Source: an uncultured bacterium (GTDB lineage: Bacteria > Babelota > Babeliae > Babelales > Babelaceae). From it: 64,000 nt of DNA. This document shows positions 33,616 through 43,935 of this stretch, piece after piece. The DNA lies in NCBI GenBank assembly GCA_963819815.1, contig CAWFXL010000001.1:800001-864000 (forward strand), read 5' to 3'. The notes under the pieces were generated by a model, which did not search any database, had not been told where the DNA came from, and was given only the letters and a program-made list of their open reading frames with translations. The stretch's first letter is position 1. Every line of letters starts with the position of its first letter. A program made the translations under genes and the position numbers.

Positions 33616-34578
33616 ATGAACCGTTTTATTGCTCAGAGTTCATTCGTTCTCTCCCTATTAATAGTCAGTTTACCCTATGCCTCGGCTATTCAGAAAGCTG
33701 GATCTGTTGCTCAGGAAGTTGATTATTTTAAAAAGGGACAAGAGTTTGGAAAAATGGTACGCGAAGCAGCCACACAACAAATTGAGTCGCTAGCTGGTTT
33801 TGGAGATAAAGAACTTATCCGTCTACAAAATACTCTCTATAATGAAGGTACATCAACAGAAGCTCATAAAATTGCCTTTAAACACTATCAGACTTACTTT
33901 AAAGGTGTAAAAGAGGCTCTTTCAAGTTATATTCCCTCGCAAAATACTGACCCTTTAAGCCTAACGATGAACTATGGCATTAAAATGCATCAGGACATTG
34001 CAGACGCTATTATAACAGCTCCTGATATGGCAACAGTTCGAACAAGCCTTGGGGTCATCGTGTCTAAAGCTATGCAGGATGCAACTAAGCTTGCACCAAA
34101 GATTCCCCAGGTAAACTTTACCCTTAATACTAATCACCCCTATTATAAAGAGGGTTACGCTATTGGGAAAACATCCTGTGAATGGATGGTCCTTGAAGCT
34201 CAAGGAAAACCGACATCTGAGGATGACCAAGTTGCCCTACAAAAAAGAATGCTTGCCTTTATGACAAACTCATCTCAGCCAGGTACTCCTCAAGAGGAAG
34301 CCATAGCTGCATCCTTGCAATATATAAGCGGTATGAAAAAAGCCCTTGAAGAATTAGATCTTGAAGCAACGATCACACGCTATAAGCCCTCTAAAGAGCG
34401 AGCTGAAAAGTTGAGAGTTGGCTATAAACTTGCTATTGATATGGCACAAAACCTCTTCGAATCGATGCAAAATCCTCAAAAAGGATTCGATAGCATTGGT
34501 GAATCTTTCAAAGAAGCTGCAGCCGATATGAACAGACTAGAGGCAGCAGATACAAACAGACCACAGAAAGCAGCGTAG
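33616..34578 (+). CDS. Secreted hypothetical protein
   Basis: AAGGA RBS, signal peptide, 320-aa ORF. Confidence 0.75.
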   Translation: MNRFIAQSSFVLSLLIVSLPYASAIQKAGSVAQEVDYFKKGQEFGKMVREAATQQIESLAGFGDKELIRLQNTLYNEGTSTEAHKIAFKHYQTYFKGVKEALSSYIPSQNTDPLSLTMNYGIKMHQDIADAIITAPDMATVRTSLGVIVSKAMQDATKLAPKIPQVNFTLNTNHPYYKEGYAIGKTSCEWMVLEAQGKPTSEDDQVALQKRMLAFMTNSSQPGTPQEEAIAASLQYISGMKKALEELDLEATITRYKPSKERAEKLRVGYKLAIDMAQNLFESMQNPQKGFDSIGESFKEAAADMNRLEAADTNRPQKAA

Positions 34579-34594
34579 TTTTACAAGATCTCGT

Positions 34595-34627
34595 AAGAAG
34601 GTATCCGTTTGGGTACCTTCTTTTTTT
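34595..34627 (+). terminator. Intrinsic terminator
   Basis: GAAGGTATCC-GTTT-GGGTACCTTC followed by a T run. Confidence 0.8.
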
Positions 34628-34746
34628 ACCCTATGATTTTAGGAATGACTTACATCTGTAGCAAAAGCTTCCTTCTTCAGCTAGAAAAAAACCAGTGTCT
34701 ATGATGAATTAGAAGTCGATTCCAGGCTATAGCGCACTCAACCGAA

Positions 34747-36409
34747 CTACAGAAATGCTCGTGCAAGCATCCAAAGGGAGTTTGAAGCATACACGCCTGA
34801 CCAGAAAGGATAGTATTCCTCTTTATCTTTAAAGAGATAGGTAGAGAGTCCACCAAGAACAAGCATCATAGTGTAGGAAATTGGCATAAGGATACCACCA
34901 AGAAGCAATGCAGGACTTACTTTGGTATATGAAATGAGATGACCAAAGAGCAACCCAAAAAGAAGAGCCCCCACATCAAAGCTTTTTACCGAAATTAAAA
35001 ACGCCCTACTTGCAGCACGTGTCGCTGCTAAGTTCCCCACCTCATTACCTAACCCAAAATGGTTGATAAAAAGCCAAAAGATTCCTCCAATTACCAGGAC
35101 ACTGACAAGCAGACCTAACCACTGCGATGTCACAATAGCCTTTCTACTTATAGAGGCAAGATGGGCCATCTTTCTTCCAAAGAGAGCATCGCAAGCCACC
35201 CCACCTGCAACTTCAACATACAGCGCTACCAAGGTGATTTGTAGGGGGGTATACCCAAAAATCAGTAGGCCCGGCACCATAACAAAGGTGGCAAAACGAC
35301 CCATAGGCGCAAGCCCGAATTTACCGGCAATGATCATAAGCTGGTAAGTACACACCGCCGTAAAGAGAATCAGATACACCTGTGCAAGAAGCGAGAATTG
35401 CAGATAGGTAAGCACTAAGGCATTAAGTATGAGTACACAGCCCGTGAGCAACCATGGAATGGCCTTGCTCTCGCTCTTAGGACCTTTATTAAGTAGCTTA
35501 TGATAGGTAGCTTTCAATACCTTAGGCAGCTCTGAGAATCCTAGTATTGCTCCGTAAAGTACTAACCCACTTGAGAATGCAAGGGTAAAGTCCATAAGTG
35601 AGAGCTCCTTAGGAACGTAGGATACTCCTAAAGAGAGAACCTATTCCATGGGTATATACAAAGGAATAGATTACTGGGTAATAATAATGCAAAGGATCGA
35701 TAACTAACAGCTTGGAAAGGACCCCTACTAGTAAAGGGATAGCAATTACGTGGCCGGTTACAAACCCAATCGCCCAAAACATTGGTATCTGGTCTGCAGG
35801 CATCCCCAATGAGGGTATAGTAAATGGGCCCCAAGAAGAGCTAGAAAGCAACGTAAGGGGTCGAGAGGCATAGGCAGTAAGGGTAAGAAGACCTAAATAC
35901 AGCTGAGTCCCTATAAAGCCACAGGCAAGCATCAGTGCCCTTCCAGCATTGTCGGCAGCCGTCATCATTTTATAGACAAGGTCACCTATAGGAAACGCTA
36001 ACCCTTGCTCATCAAGGAGGCTCTTTTCAAAGTACTGTGCGAGCAGTAAGCCAAAGGCGCCGGCAGCTCCAGCAGAAAGACTCACCAGTAAAGCAAACTT
36101 ATAGGGAGTGGTAAGCAAAGCATTGAATTCTGCAGGTTCAAGGAAGTAATAGGTAGGGAAGGCAAAGCCACACCCCACCGCTAGAATGCCCCCAATTCCT
36201 CCCGCAGCCACCACCAACCCAAGGGCCTTTGTTCGCTGTTCAGTGCTATACCACCGGTGAGCAGCATAGAAAATAAGCATACCAAAGAGCACAAGGGTCG
36301 TTTCTATCCAGGGACCGATCGCCGTGGCCATAGAAATATAGCTCATTATGGCCGTAGCACCTATCGTAAGCAGAATAGCAACGGGTACAATTAGTAGTAG
36401 CATAGACAC
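34747..36409 (-). pseudogene. OPT/YSL-family oligopeptide transporter split by a frameshift near 35630
   Basis: Two co-directional multi-TM ORFs (LAFPIG; GLAPMGRFATFV) joined by a single-base indel at CTCTCTTTAGG. Confidence 0.7.
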
Positions 36410-36636
36410 CTCTAGCTAAGCGTAAACCAAACAAAAGGGAAGGTAAAGTTGAACCATCTTAGAGAAACCACAAATATGTAGCTACGATTTAGCACCACTC
36501 AATCAACGCTTAATGCTAAATTGAAATATTTTACATAAAATTCTTGATTTTTCTTTTTGGAAAGTGACATACTTAGAATTGTATAAGCGCTTATAGGTGT
36601 ATAATATAAACAACAATAACTTTCCAAGGAGAAGGT

Positions 36637-37074
36637 ATGAATAAACTACTATTGGCCGCATTAGCTGGCCTCCTAACTGTGGGAGCTATGGAAGCTCGTT
36701 TTGGTCGTAACGGCGGCGGATGTTGCCCAACTCGTTCATGCGAAACCTCATGTGCTCGTCCATGTGGACGTTCATGCGAACGTTCATGCAAACCAGCTTG
36801 TGGACCTTCATTAAAGCCACCTGTCTGTTGCAAAACAATCGAAGTTCCACGAACAATCATGGAAACTAAGGTAATTGAAATTGCAGCGGAAGAAGTGAGA
36901 ACGCCAAACCCTGACCGTATTGTGCGTCATCCACAACCATGCGAAAAAGTACAAGTACCACTTCCAGTGTGTTATCGCACAGAATTGAGACCTGTACCTG
37001 ATGAAATCGAGTACATAAAAGTACCTGATACAATCAGCTACCGTTGCCCAGCAGACTGCGAAGTCAGAGGCTAA
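36637..37074 (+). CDS. Secreted cysteine-rich protein with CxxxC repeats
   Basis: AAGGAG RBS, signal peptide, 13 Cys. Confidence 0.85.
   Translation: MNKLLLAALAGLLTVGAMEARFGRNGGGCCPTRSCETSCARPCGRSCERSCKPACGPSLKPPVCCKTIEVPRTIMETKVIEIAAEEVRTPNPDRIVRHPQPCEKVQVPLPVCYRTELRPVPDEIEYIKVPDTISYRCPADCEVRG
36733..36804 (+). repeat. 12-bp coding tandem repeat (about 6 units, CGTTCATGCGAA-like)
   Basis: Units cgttcatgcgaa, acctcatgtgct, cgtccatgtgga, cgttcatgcgaa, cgttcatgcaaa, ccagcttgtgga. Confidence 0.8.
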
Positions 37075-37120
37075 GAAAAAGTAGCACATTGATTACTCAA
37101 TAGCGAAATTCTCTATACTC

Positions 37121-37155
37121 AAGCTCCCCAATTCAATGAATTGGGGAGCTTTTTT
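37121..37155 (+). terminator. Intrinsic terminator
   Basis: AGCTCCCCAATTC-AAT-GAATTGGGGAGCT followed by T run. Confidence 0.88.
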
Positions 37156-37299
37156 GGTATAAAACTAATAGAAAAGTCGAGCGGGTCTTAGCTGCTTGCA
37201 TATATAACTGATCAAAACTAGCAGAACAAAGAGCTCCTTAGTAATACAAACATCCCTTGAAAGGACATAGATGGCTAAGAAAAATTGATTGGGGAGGGT

Positions 37300-37554
37300 T
37301 TAACGTACGAGAAAATTCCCTGACCATCCCTCATTGTCTTTGCAGACAAGGGCGCAAGAAATACTCTTTAATTTAATCTGGTTTGAGCAGATACAATCAA
37401 CTCCATCATCCGTCAGAGCCATAGTACCAGAGTCAATTCCACAAATTCCACATTCAGGTCTTACGACTGAATGATCGTTACAGACACACCTGATATCTTT
37501 TGCCTTAATGGAACCAAGAGATAGAAGTGTAAAGAGAAAAAAATACCTTATCAT
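37300..37554 (-). CDS. Small secreted 8-Cys protein
   Basis: AAGGA RBS, signal peptide, CxC..CxxC..CxC..CxxxC. Confidence 0.7.
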   Translation of the reverse strand: MIRYFFLFTLLSLGSIKAKDIRCVCNDHSVVRPECGICGIDSGTMALTDDGVDCICSNQIKLKSISCALVCKDNEGWSGNFLVR

Positions 37555-37760
37555 ACAACTTCCTTATAGTTATAGTATCAGTTATTGTTAGTATACCCAA
37601 AAACATTTCACATAGGCAATGGTTTTATGGGATAAGTTTTCTATAAGAAAAATGCTTGGAGCCTCTATTTCTAAAGCAGCATGCATCTGCCGTGTGGTGC
37701 CCGGTAATTGCCAGGCCCTTAGATTCACGTTATGTGAGAGTGAGAAAAAATACTAGATTT

Positions 37761-38093
37761 TCAAAACTCAGGTATCAGACCACCTGCAAGAAAGTGCATA
37801 TGCAGATGAAATACCCGCTGGCCAGCTTTATAACCATTATTAATGACAAGCCTATACTCCTCTGCTCCAGGAATATTTGCAGATAAAGTACGAGCCATAG
37901 AAAAAAGAGCACACGTAAGGGGACAGTCAGATGCCGACTGCAGATCTTTATAATGAACTTTGGGAATAATTAAATAATGGATAGCCGTCTTAGGGAAAAT
38001 ATCCTTAATAACAATAAGGGTATCATTCTCGGCCACTACTTCTGCAATCACTTCACGAGCTATAATCCTACAGAATATACAATCAGTTTCCAT
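37761..38093 (-). CDS. HIT-family nucleotide hydrolase (HinT-like)
   Basis: DCIFC, GQRVFHLHMH. Confidence 0.92.
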   Translation of the reverse strand: METDCIFCRIIAREVIAEVVAENDTLIVIKDIFPKTAIHYLIIPKVHYKDLQSASDCPLTCALFSMARTLSANIPGAEEYRLVINNGYKAGQRVFHLHMHFLAGGLIPEF

Positions 38094-38116
38094 ATACTAC
38101 CCCCTACAAACAATTT

Positions 38117-38203
38117 TGGTGCCGGAGGTCGGACTCGAACCGACATGGTATTGCTACCGCGGGATTTTGAGTCCCGTGCGTCTACCAATTTCGCCACCCC
38201 GGC
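38117..38203 (-). tRNA. tRNA-Leu(CAA)
   Basis: GCCGGGG...CT CAA AA, long variable arm, CCA end. Confidence 0.95.
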
Positions 38204-38292
38204 ATTACTATGCAATGTAGCAGGTATTAGGGCTTAAGGCAAGATGGTAGAAGATGCCTGAGAGGCATTAATCAGAGTTTATCTACTGGAGC

Positions 38293-39339
38293 TTATATTT
38301 TGATAATCATAACTGATATATTGTCAGAGCTCTCAAGATCATGTGCATTGTCGCGCAATGCTCGAGCTACAAGACGTAACCTTTCATCCGAGCCAGCTTC
38401 TTCTGCATGCTCATCAGCAGGTGTTTGCGCTTCACCATACCAGGTCCGTAGAAAATCTATCGGCCAGTGCATACGATCGGTAATGAATTTGACAACTTCT
38501 TCATTGGTCATAACATCCCAGAGCCCATCACAAGCAAGGACTATATAGTCTCCTTCAGCTACAGGTGTAACCACAATATCGGGTACTGCAGTAATCATGG
38601 GCTGTTTCACTTTGCAGACCCTATCTCCTAAAGTCCGTGAAATCGCTAATGGTCCAATGCGAGCTGGTCCTAGTTTAAGAAGTTTTTGTCCTGGCTCAAG
38701 TGGCGCAGGGTTATGTAAAGGCCTATATACGATAGCATTGAGTCCATCAGCATTTCTAATAATTTGAGTACGCATAACATTCTCCACACCTATCCGCTCA
38801 AGCTCTAGAGGACTGTCTGGCTTATGGTCTATAGTTGCCATTTTAAGTGTGGGCTCTTGCTTTGGTGACACATGAGAAAATATGAGTCCACGTGAGTCAC
38901 CCACCCAGGCAAGATACACACTCTCATCAACAACAAGTCCAATCAGGGCCGTTGTTCCTTGTTTTGAATACTTCAATTGAAGAGCTTGATCTACTAGTAG
39001 GCAGCTCTGCTTCAATCCTTCCTTAAAGACCTCATCAAGTATTCCGGGAGTGCCCGCAGCAGGTATTTCATTTTTTACGTAGGTCGCAAAAAGCGAAGGG
39101 AAGTGCTCAGCAACGTGCTTTGAAGCATGAGGTCCCCCGTGTCCATCAAATAGTCCAAAGCAGGGATATGTTGTGCCCGGACTAATTTCGATCATCTCAT
39201 GAAAGAAGGCATCTTCCATAGTTTCCCGATCACCTTGCCTATCACTAAAACCCCACTCTATAATCGATGGCTTAGTCATAGCCCCCACAAAGCCTCTAGA
39301 CAAGACTATCAGAAGAATGCCGAGTATTTTTTTGATCAT
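38293..39339 (-). CDS. Secreted PP2C-family Ser/Thr phosphatase
   Basis: RETMED, FDGHGG, VGDSR, ISRTLGD, ACDGLWDV, DNISV; signal peptide from MIKK (ATG 39339). Confidence 0.9.
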   Translation of the reverse strand: MIKKILGILLIVLSRGFVGAMTKPSIIEWGFSDRQGDRETMEDAFFHEMIEISPGTTYPCFGLFDGHGGPHASKHVAEHFPSLFATYVKNEIPAAGTPGILDEVFKEGLKQSCLLVDQALQLKYSKQGTTALIGLVVDESVYLAWVGDSRGLIFSHVSPKQEPTLKMATIDHKPDSPLELERIGVENVMRTQIIRNADGLNAIVYRPLHNPAPLEPGQKLLKLGPARIGPLAISRTLGDRVCKVKQPMITAVPDIVVTPVAEGDYIVLACDGLWDVMTNEEVVKFITDRMHWPIDFLRTWYGEAQTPADEHAEEAGSDERLRLVARALRDNAHDLESSDNISVMIIKI

Positions 39340-39476
39340 TTCTATTTCCCCTATGTAAGAAGCTGAAATTTCATCCCCATAAATTATTTTCAATGTGTAT
39401 TTATTCTATCATAGATTTTTCAATCTGGCAAGTGGTCTTATCTAATGAGCGGATCATGCATAGCTGCAGTTCGCTG

Positions 39477-40694
39477 TCAGCAAAGCACCGATGAAAACTC
39501 TAAAAGAGGCATATATATTCCGTAGATGAGGCACCCTATAAGGACAGCTAAAACAAGAAGTAATGTAGGATTTGCATACATAGTTATCAAATGAAGGCGC
39601 TCATAGAGCTTCTTCTCAATACTGTCAGAAGCATGTAGCATTAGGGTACTTACACATCCTGACACCTCTCCCAGTGCAAGAAGCCCCTCAATTTCAGGAT
39701 CTGAAAAATATGACGCATGCCATGCTTGCGTAAAAGTCTCTCCCCGCTCAACAGCCTTTTTAAGCTGAGAGAGCTCTCTTCGATACAGATCATGAAAGGT
39801 CAGAGCTTCAGAAGCCTCTAGAGCCCTAGTTAAAGGAACCTGCTGAGCAAGCAGAATACCCAGGACCTTCAAGGTGCGTGCCTTCATAAAAGAGCGGTGA
39901 AAGGAGCCAATTATCGGCATATATTCAATCACGATCTCTATCATTTCTTTTCCACGACGAGTTGCATAGAGTATACGAAGACACCCAATCATAGCTACAA
40001 TGGCAGCAGCTCCATACCCTACAAGCTTTAAAGTCATATAAGAGCTCAGTCCCATAAGCCATGAGGTTACCCAAGGCATTGGCATATGATTAAGCTCAAA
40101 AAAACGGCCAAATTGAGGGATTATCCAGGTAAACATACCTAACATAACCACACAAAAAAAGCATAACGTCAGCAAAGGCATACTGAGAGCACGTTTTATT
40201 TTGCTTACTGATAGCGCCATTTCTGCACGGTATGAGACAATTTCCTTAAGAAGTGGTCCTAAAGTCCCCGTCGACTCCCCCACCCCAATCAATGCACGAG
40301 AAAGAGGATCGAGAATCTGAGCTTCTTCAAGAACCTCTGTTAACGTAGCGCCCTGGGCAATATGTCGACTAAGCGAATCAAGTAGCAAGACGTGATCAGA
40401 AGATGCCCACGAAGCCTTCATGGTACAGAGAGATTCATATAAGGGAATATGGGCCGAAAGCAACGATGCGAGCTGTGCAAAGAATGCATCTTTTTGACGA
40501 GAAGTAAAAATGCTCCGCTTTGCTACACTCGCCTGAATAAGTCCAAGTGATTTTTTACTGAGATATTCCTGCACCTCATCTACCGAGAATGCATAGAACC
40601 TACCATGATGCTCAACTCCCTCTTGATCAACAGCTCGCCAAACATATAAAGGCATAGGTATCCTAGACGTGAGGAAGTTTCGTCTGAATCGCAA
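39477..40694 (-). CDS. Type II secretion F / PilC-family platform protein
   Basis: Duplicated T2SSF domains (GESTGTL, GEVSG), three TM helices, YMP end; likely start MPLYVW. Confidence 0.88.
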   Translation of the reverse strand: MRFRRNFLTSRIPMPLYVWRAVDQEGVEHHGRFYAFSVDEVQEYLSKKSLGLIQASVAKRSIFTSRQKDAFFAQLASLLSAHIPLYESLCTMKASWASSDHVLLLDSLSRHIAQGATLTEVLEEAQILDPLSRALIGVGESTGTLGPLLKEIVSYRAEMALSVSKIKRALSMPLLTLCFFCVVMLGMFTWIIPQFGRFFELNHMPMPWVTSWLMGLSSYMTLKLVGYGAAAIVAMIGCLRILYATRRGKEMIEIVIEYMPIIGSFHRSFMKARTLKVLGILLAQQVPLTRALEASEALTFHDLYRRELSQLKKAVERGETFTQAWHASYFSDPEIEGLLALGEVSGCVSTLMLHASDSIEKKLYERLHLITMYANPTLLLVLAVLIGCLIYGIYMPLLEFSSVLC

Positions 40695-40962
40695 GTCCTA
40701 GCTTAGACAACATTTCATCGAAGGACAAGGGAATCTCAAGGAGTATTTTCTTGTTACGCGATGTTGCACCCGCAATAATCGTAACCGCTGACTGGGTGCA
40801 TCCGAGCGATTGCGCCAAAAGCTTACAGAGCTCCTTATTAGCTTTCCCGTCTTCAGGAGGGCTTTTCAAAAAGGCCTTGAGTCTTCCCGATTTATCGAGC
40901 ACAAGGGCCGATTTTCCTGAGCTGGGTACAACTTTTATCTCAATGATCAACGAGGTAGGCAA
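40663..40962 (-). CDS. DUF167 (YggU-like) protein
   Basis: VVP, PPEDGKANKEL, GATSRNK. Confidence 0.88.
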   Translation of the reverse strand: MPTSLIIEIKVVPSSGKSALVLDKSGRLKAFLKSPPEDGKANKELCKLLAQSLGCTQSAVTIIAGATSRNKKILLEIPLSFDEMLSKLGLAIQTKLPHV

Positions 40963-41110
40963 CGAAATTCCTTTGATATTCTTCGGTTTGTTGTCATTTT
41001 TTCTTAATTTTATATACTCTTATAAGTAAAGTCTTTTGTCTAGACTCTCGTTGCTCGATACAAAGAGTCCTTCGTGATAAAAGCGTGATACAAGTACACG
41101 TGCTAGTTGT

Positions 41111-41201
41111 GGAGAGATGGCTGAGTGGTCTAAAGCGCTTGCCTGCTAAGCAAGAGTCTCGGAAACGGGGCGCGAGGGTTCGAATCCCTCTCTCTCCACC
41201 A
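41111..41201 (+). tRNA. tRNA-Ser(GCU)
   Basis: GGAGAGA...CT GCT AA, long variable arm, CCA end. Confidence 0.95.
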
Positions 41202-41213
41202 GAAATTATCTAT

Positions 41214-41290
41214 GCGCCTATAGCTCAACTGGATAGAGCGTCAGACTACGGATCTGAAGGTTAGAGGTTCGACTCCTCTTAGGCGCACCA
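41214..41290 (+). tRNA. tRNA-Arg(ACG)
   Basis: GCGCCTA...CT ACG GA...TAGGCGCACCA. Confidence 0.96.
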
Positions 41291-41361
41291 ATTTCTTCCA
41301 CCTATAAATGCTGATCAATGCCGCTACATCATGTTAGACTCTCTTCTCACCCTTACTCCCA

Positions 41362-42168
41362 TCAGTCTTGCTGAGCAAGCTTTGCATACTCAACCTGACC
41401 AATAAGTTCGTCAGGCTTCAAGCTTTTCTTTTCATGAGCACCATATTGCTTGGTAATCTTCCCATTTTCTAGAATCCACACTTTGTTACCGATACTTAAG
41501 GCAATGTGAGGATCATGCGTTATCAGTAACGTAGTTATTCGGTGTTGTCGAATAAACTGGGTCGCATACTGCAGCAATCGTGTCGCTGCCTGAGGATCAA
41601 GAGCTGCCGTAGGCTCATCAAGCAGGAGAACTTTAGGGATGTGACGCGTTGCCATAACAAAGGCAATAAGCTGCCTTTGCCCACCTGATAATGCATCCAT
41701 CGGTTTTTCTAACAGTGAAGGATGAATACCTAGTGCACCGATAATCTGTTCTGCAAGCTCTTGCGGTAGTACCTGCATACCATCGATCAAGCGCGCTCGC
41801 CGGCGACTATAATGTGCTAACGCAAGATTTTGGGCGACCGTAAGTGAGCCGACTGAATTCAACTGCGTATTTTGAAAAAGACGGGTAATCATGCCGGCAC
41901 GTTGTTGCTCACTCAACATGGTAATATCGGCACCTTCCAATTCTATCGTACCATTCTGAGGTTTTGTTTTCCCAGCAATCGTATTAAAGAACGTGCTTTT
42001 CCCAGCGCCATTAGCGCCCACTATCACCACAAAATCTCCCTCAGTAACCTCACAGGAAAGATCCTGTAAAATATGGTTCTGAGAAAGCCAGACATCAATG
42101 TGTTTAAGTGTTAACATAACCATTTCCTTACTTCTTGGGTAACCATTGTTTGATACCGAGCAACACAA
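41362..42168 (-). CDS. ABC transporter ATP-binding subunit
   Basis: GANGAGKS, LSGGQRQ, LLLDEPT; true start probably MVML/MLTL. Confidence 0.93.
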   Translation of the reverse strand: MCCSVSNNGYPRSKEMVMLTLKHIDVWLSQNHILQDLSCEVTEGDFVVIVGANGAGKSTFFNTIAGKTKPQNGTIELEGADITMLSEQQRAGMITRLFQNTQLNSVGSLTVAQNLALAHYSRRRARLIDGMQVLPQELAEQIIGALGIHPSLLEKPMDALSGGQRQLIAFVMATRHIPKVLLLDEPTAALDPQAATRLLQYATQFIRQHRITTLLITHDPHIALSIGNKVWILENGKITKQYGAHEKKSLKPDELIGQVEYAKLAQQD

Positions 42169-42970
42169 CGATAAGCGTTGCCGTAATTAATTTATTCCAA
42201 TCTTGATTGAGCTGTAATTCAAAGGTCAATGCAATCAGTGCTTGATACATAATTGAACCTAGCACAAGTGCAATGCCAAAGTTAGTACTCAGCACTTGGG
42301 CAAGTATCATGCCAGCCAATCCGATGATCAGCACACCAACTCCCGTCCAGATCGAAAAGTACCCCGCATAGTGCACAAATAGGGCACCACTTACTGCAGC
42401 AAGCATATTTGAAAGGACCAATCCAAGAACGAGGTACCCTTCTACACTTTTACCGACATTCGTTACCATCTGTGGTGTATCACCCACTGCACGAAGCAAG
42501 AACCCAACTTCAGTTTTTAAGAACCAACTCATCAGAGAAAAAAGTAGTATGCAAAGAACCCCTAAGACGAGCAACGGCTGATACGGAGCTAATGAGAGGG
42601 ACAGGGAGGAAAAGATAGTCTCCTTGCCTAGGGTCATATTTGATCCTGCTATAAGAAGCATTATCGAAAAGAGCCCTGTGGTAACGACAATACCACTTAT
42701 CAAATTATTGAGCTGCAACCTCGTATGTAACAGTCCCGTGACAACTCCTGAGAGCCCGCCAGCAATTGCTGCAGCTGCAAGAGCTATCCAGGGATTAAGT
42801 CCCCAGCCAATTAAAAGTGCAGTTAATGCCCCACCTATTCCAAAAGCACCTTCCACCGCTACATTATCAAAGTTAATAAGTCGCGAAGAGAGGTACACGC
42901 CTGCAACAACAAATCCAAAAATTATGCCCCGCTCAACGATGCCTTGTGCTATCTCAACTAGTTCAATCAT
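42128..42970 (-). CDS. ABC transporter permease
   Basis: Multi-TM, T..GFLLRAVGD motif. Confidence 0.9.
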   Translation of the reverse strand: MIELVEIAQGIVERGIIFGFVVAGVYLSSRLINFDNVAVEGAFGIGGALTALLIGWGLNPWIALAAAAIAGGLSGVVTGLLHTRLQLNNLISGIVVTTGLFSIMLLIAGSNMTLGKETIFSSLSLSLAPYQPLLVLGVLCILLFSLMSWFLKTEVGFLLRAVGDTPQMVTNVGKSVEGYLVLGLVLSNMLAAVSGALFVHYAGYFSIWTGVGVLIIGLAGMILAQVLSTNFGIALVLGSIMYQALIALTFELQLNQDWNKLITATLIVVLLGIKQWLPKK

Positions 42971-43935
42971 CTTCTCTCCTCAAGCACCACCTGATTGTGA
43001 AGCTCGGTTGGAATGGTTAATCCAAGTGCCTCTAGTGTTGTTTGGTTAATGAATATCTGCTCACATTTTGGTTGCTCAACAGGCACCTCAAAGGGCTTTT
43101 TACCCTCAACGATCACTTCATGAGCAATCTGTGCAGCCCGCTTACCACCTGTTTTGTAATCAACTCCTCGCGCTGCTAAAGCACCTGATTTTACGAGCAT
43201 GTTATCGCTCACAAATAATGGTTTCTTGTGCTTTAAGGCAGTTGCTGCAATAACCGCAATCGTTGAAGCAACCGTGTTATCGGTGGGCGCTAGAATAACA
43301 TCAGCTTTTCTGCATGCTAACTCAACCATCGCATGTACATCTGCTTCGCTACCAAAAGCAAAATCGCTCACCACGATACCGCGTGCTTCAAGCTCTTTAC
43401 GCATAAGCTTACTCAGAGCTCGTGAGTTTACCTCACCTGAGGTATACACCAGCCCAACATGATGAGCATGTGGCACTAAGTGAAGAAGCATATCTATCTC
43501 AGCTTTAACATCGATCATGTCCTTGGTACCACAGACATTCGTCGTCGGATGAATAATTCCCAATGCAAGGGGATCCGTTACTGCAGAAATAATGATCGGT
43601 CTTTCTTTTTCTACAGCGCTCATCGCCTGAGCTGCTGGAGTCGCAATAGCAAAAAAGCCGTTCATCTTCTTGTTTGCATGAAACTGCTGAGCTATTGAAT
43701 GAGCCTGTGAAACCGAACCCTGAGCATTCTGGATGACAAATGCCACCTCATTGCCCAGTGTACTTTGCAACTCTTGCATAAATCCTTCACGAGCAGCATC
43801 AAGTGCCGGATGCGACGCAGTTTGCAAGATACCAATCGTATAGCGAGCATTCTCTGCCGGCTTCTGCAAACGTTTAATAACAAATGCACCTACGAGTGCT
43901 ACTCCTAGTATGCTCATTAACACTATCTTGTTCAT
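42967..43935 (-). CDS. ABC substrate-binding protein (ABC_sub_bind, aromatic amino acid/TrpX-like)
   Basis: HPALD, NAQG, ATPAAQA, AVTDP, EVNS, PTDNT. Confidence 0.88.
   Translation of the reverse strand: MNKIVLMSILGVALVGAFVIKRLQKPAENARYTIGILQTASHPALDAAREGFMQELQSTLGNEVAFVIQNAQGSVSQAHSIAQQFHANKKMNGFFAIATPAAQAMSAVEKERPIIISAVTDPLALGIIHPTTNVCGTKDMIDVKAEIDMLLHLVPHAHHVGLVYTSGEVNSRALSKLMRKELEARGIVVSDFAFGSEADVHAMVELACRKADVILAPTDNTVASTIAVIAATALKHKKPLFVSDNMLVKSGALAARGVDYKTGGKRAAQIAHEVIVEGKKPFEVPVEQPKCEQIFINQTTLEALGLTIPTELHNQVVLEERR

Noticed and set aside
37977..38237. ORFs overlapping tRNA-Leu, and 45161..45406 overlapping tRNA-Ser
   Set aside because: Translations of tRNA sequence, not genes
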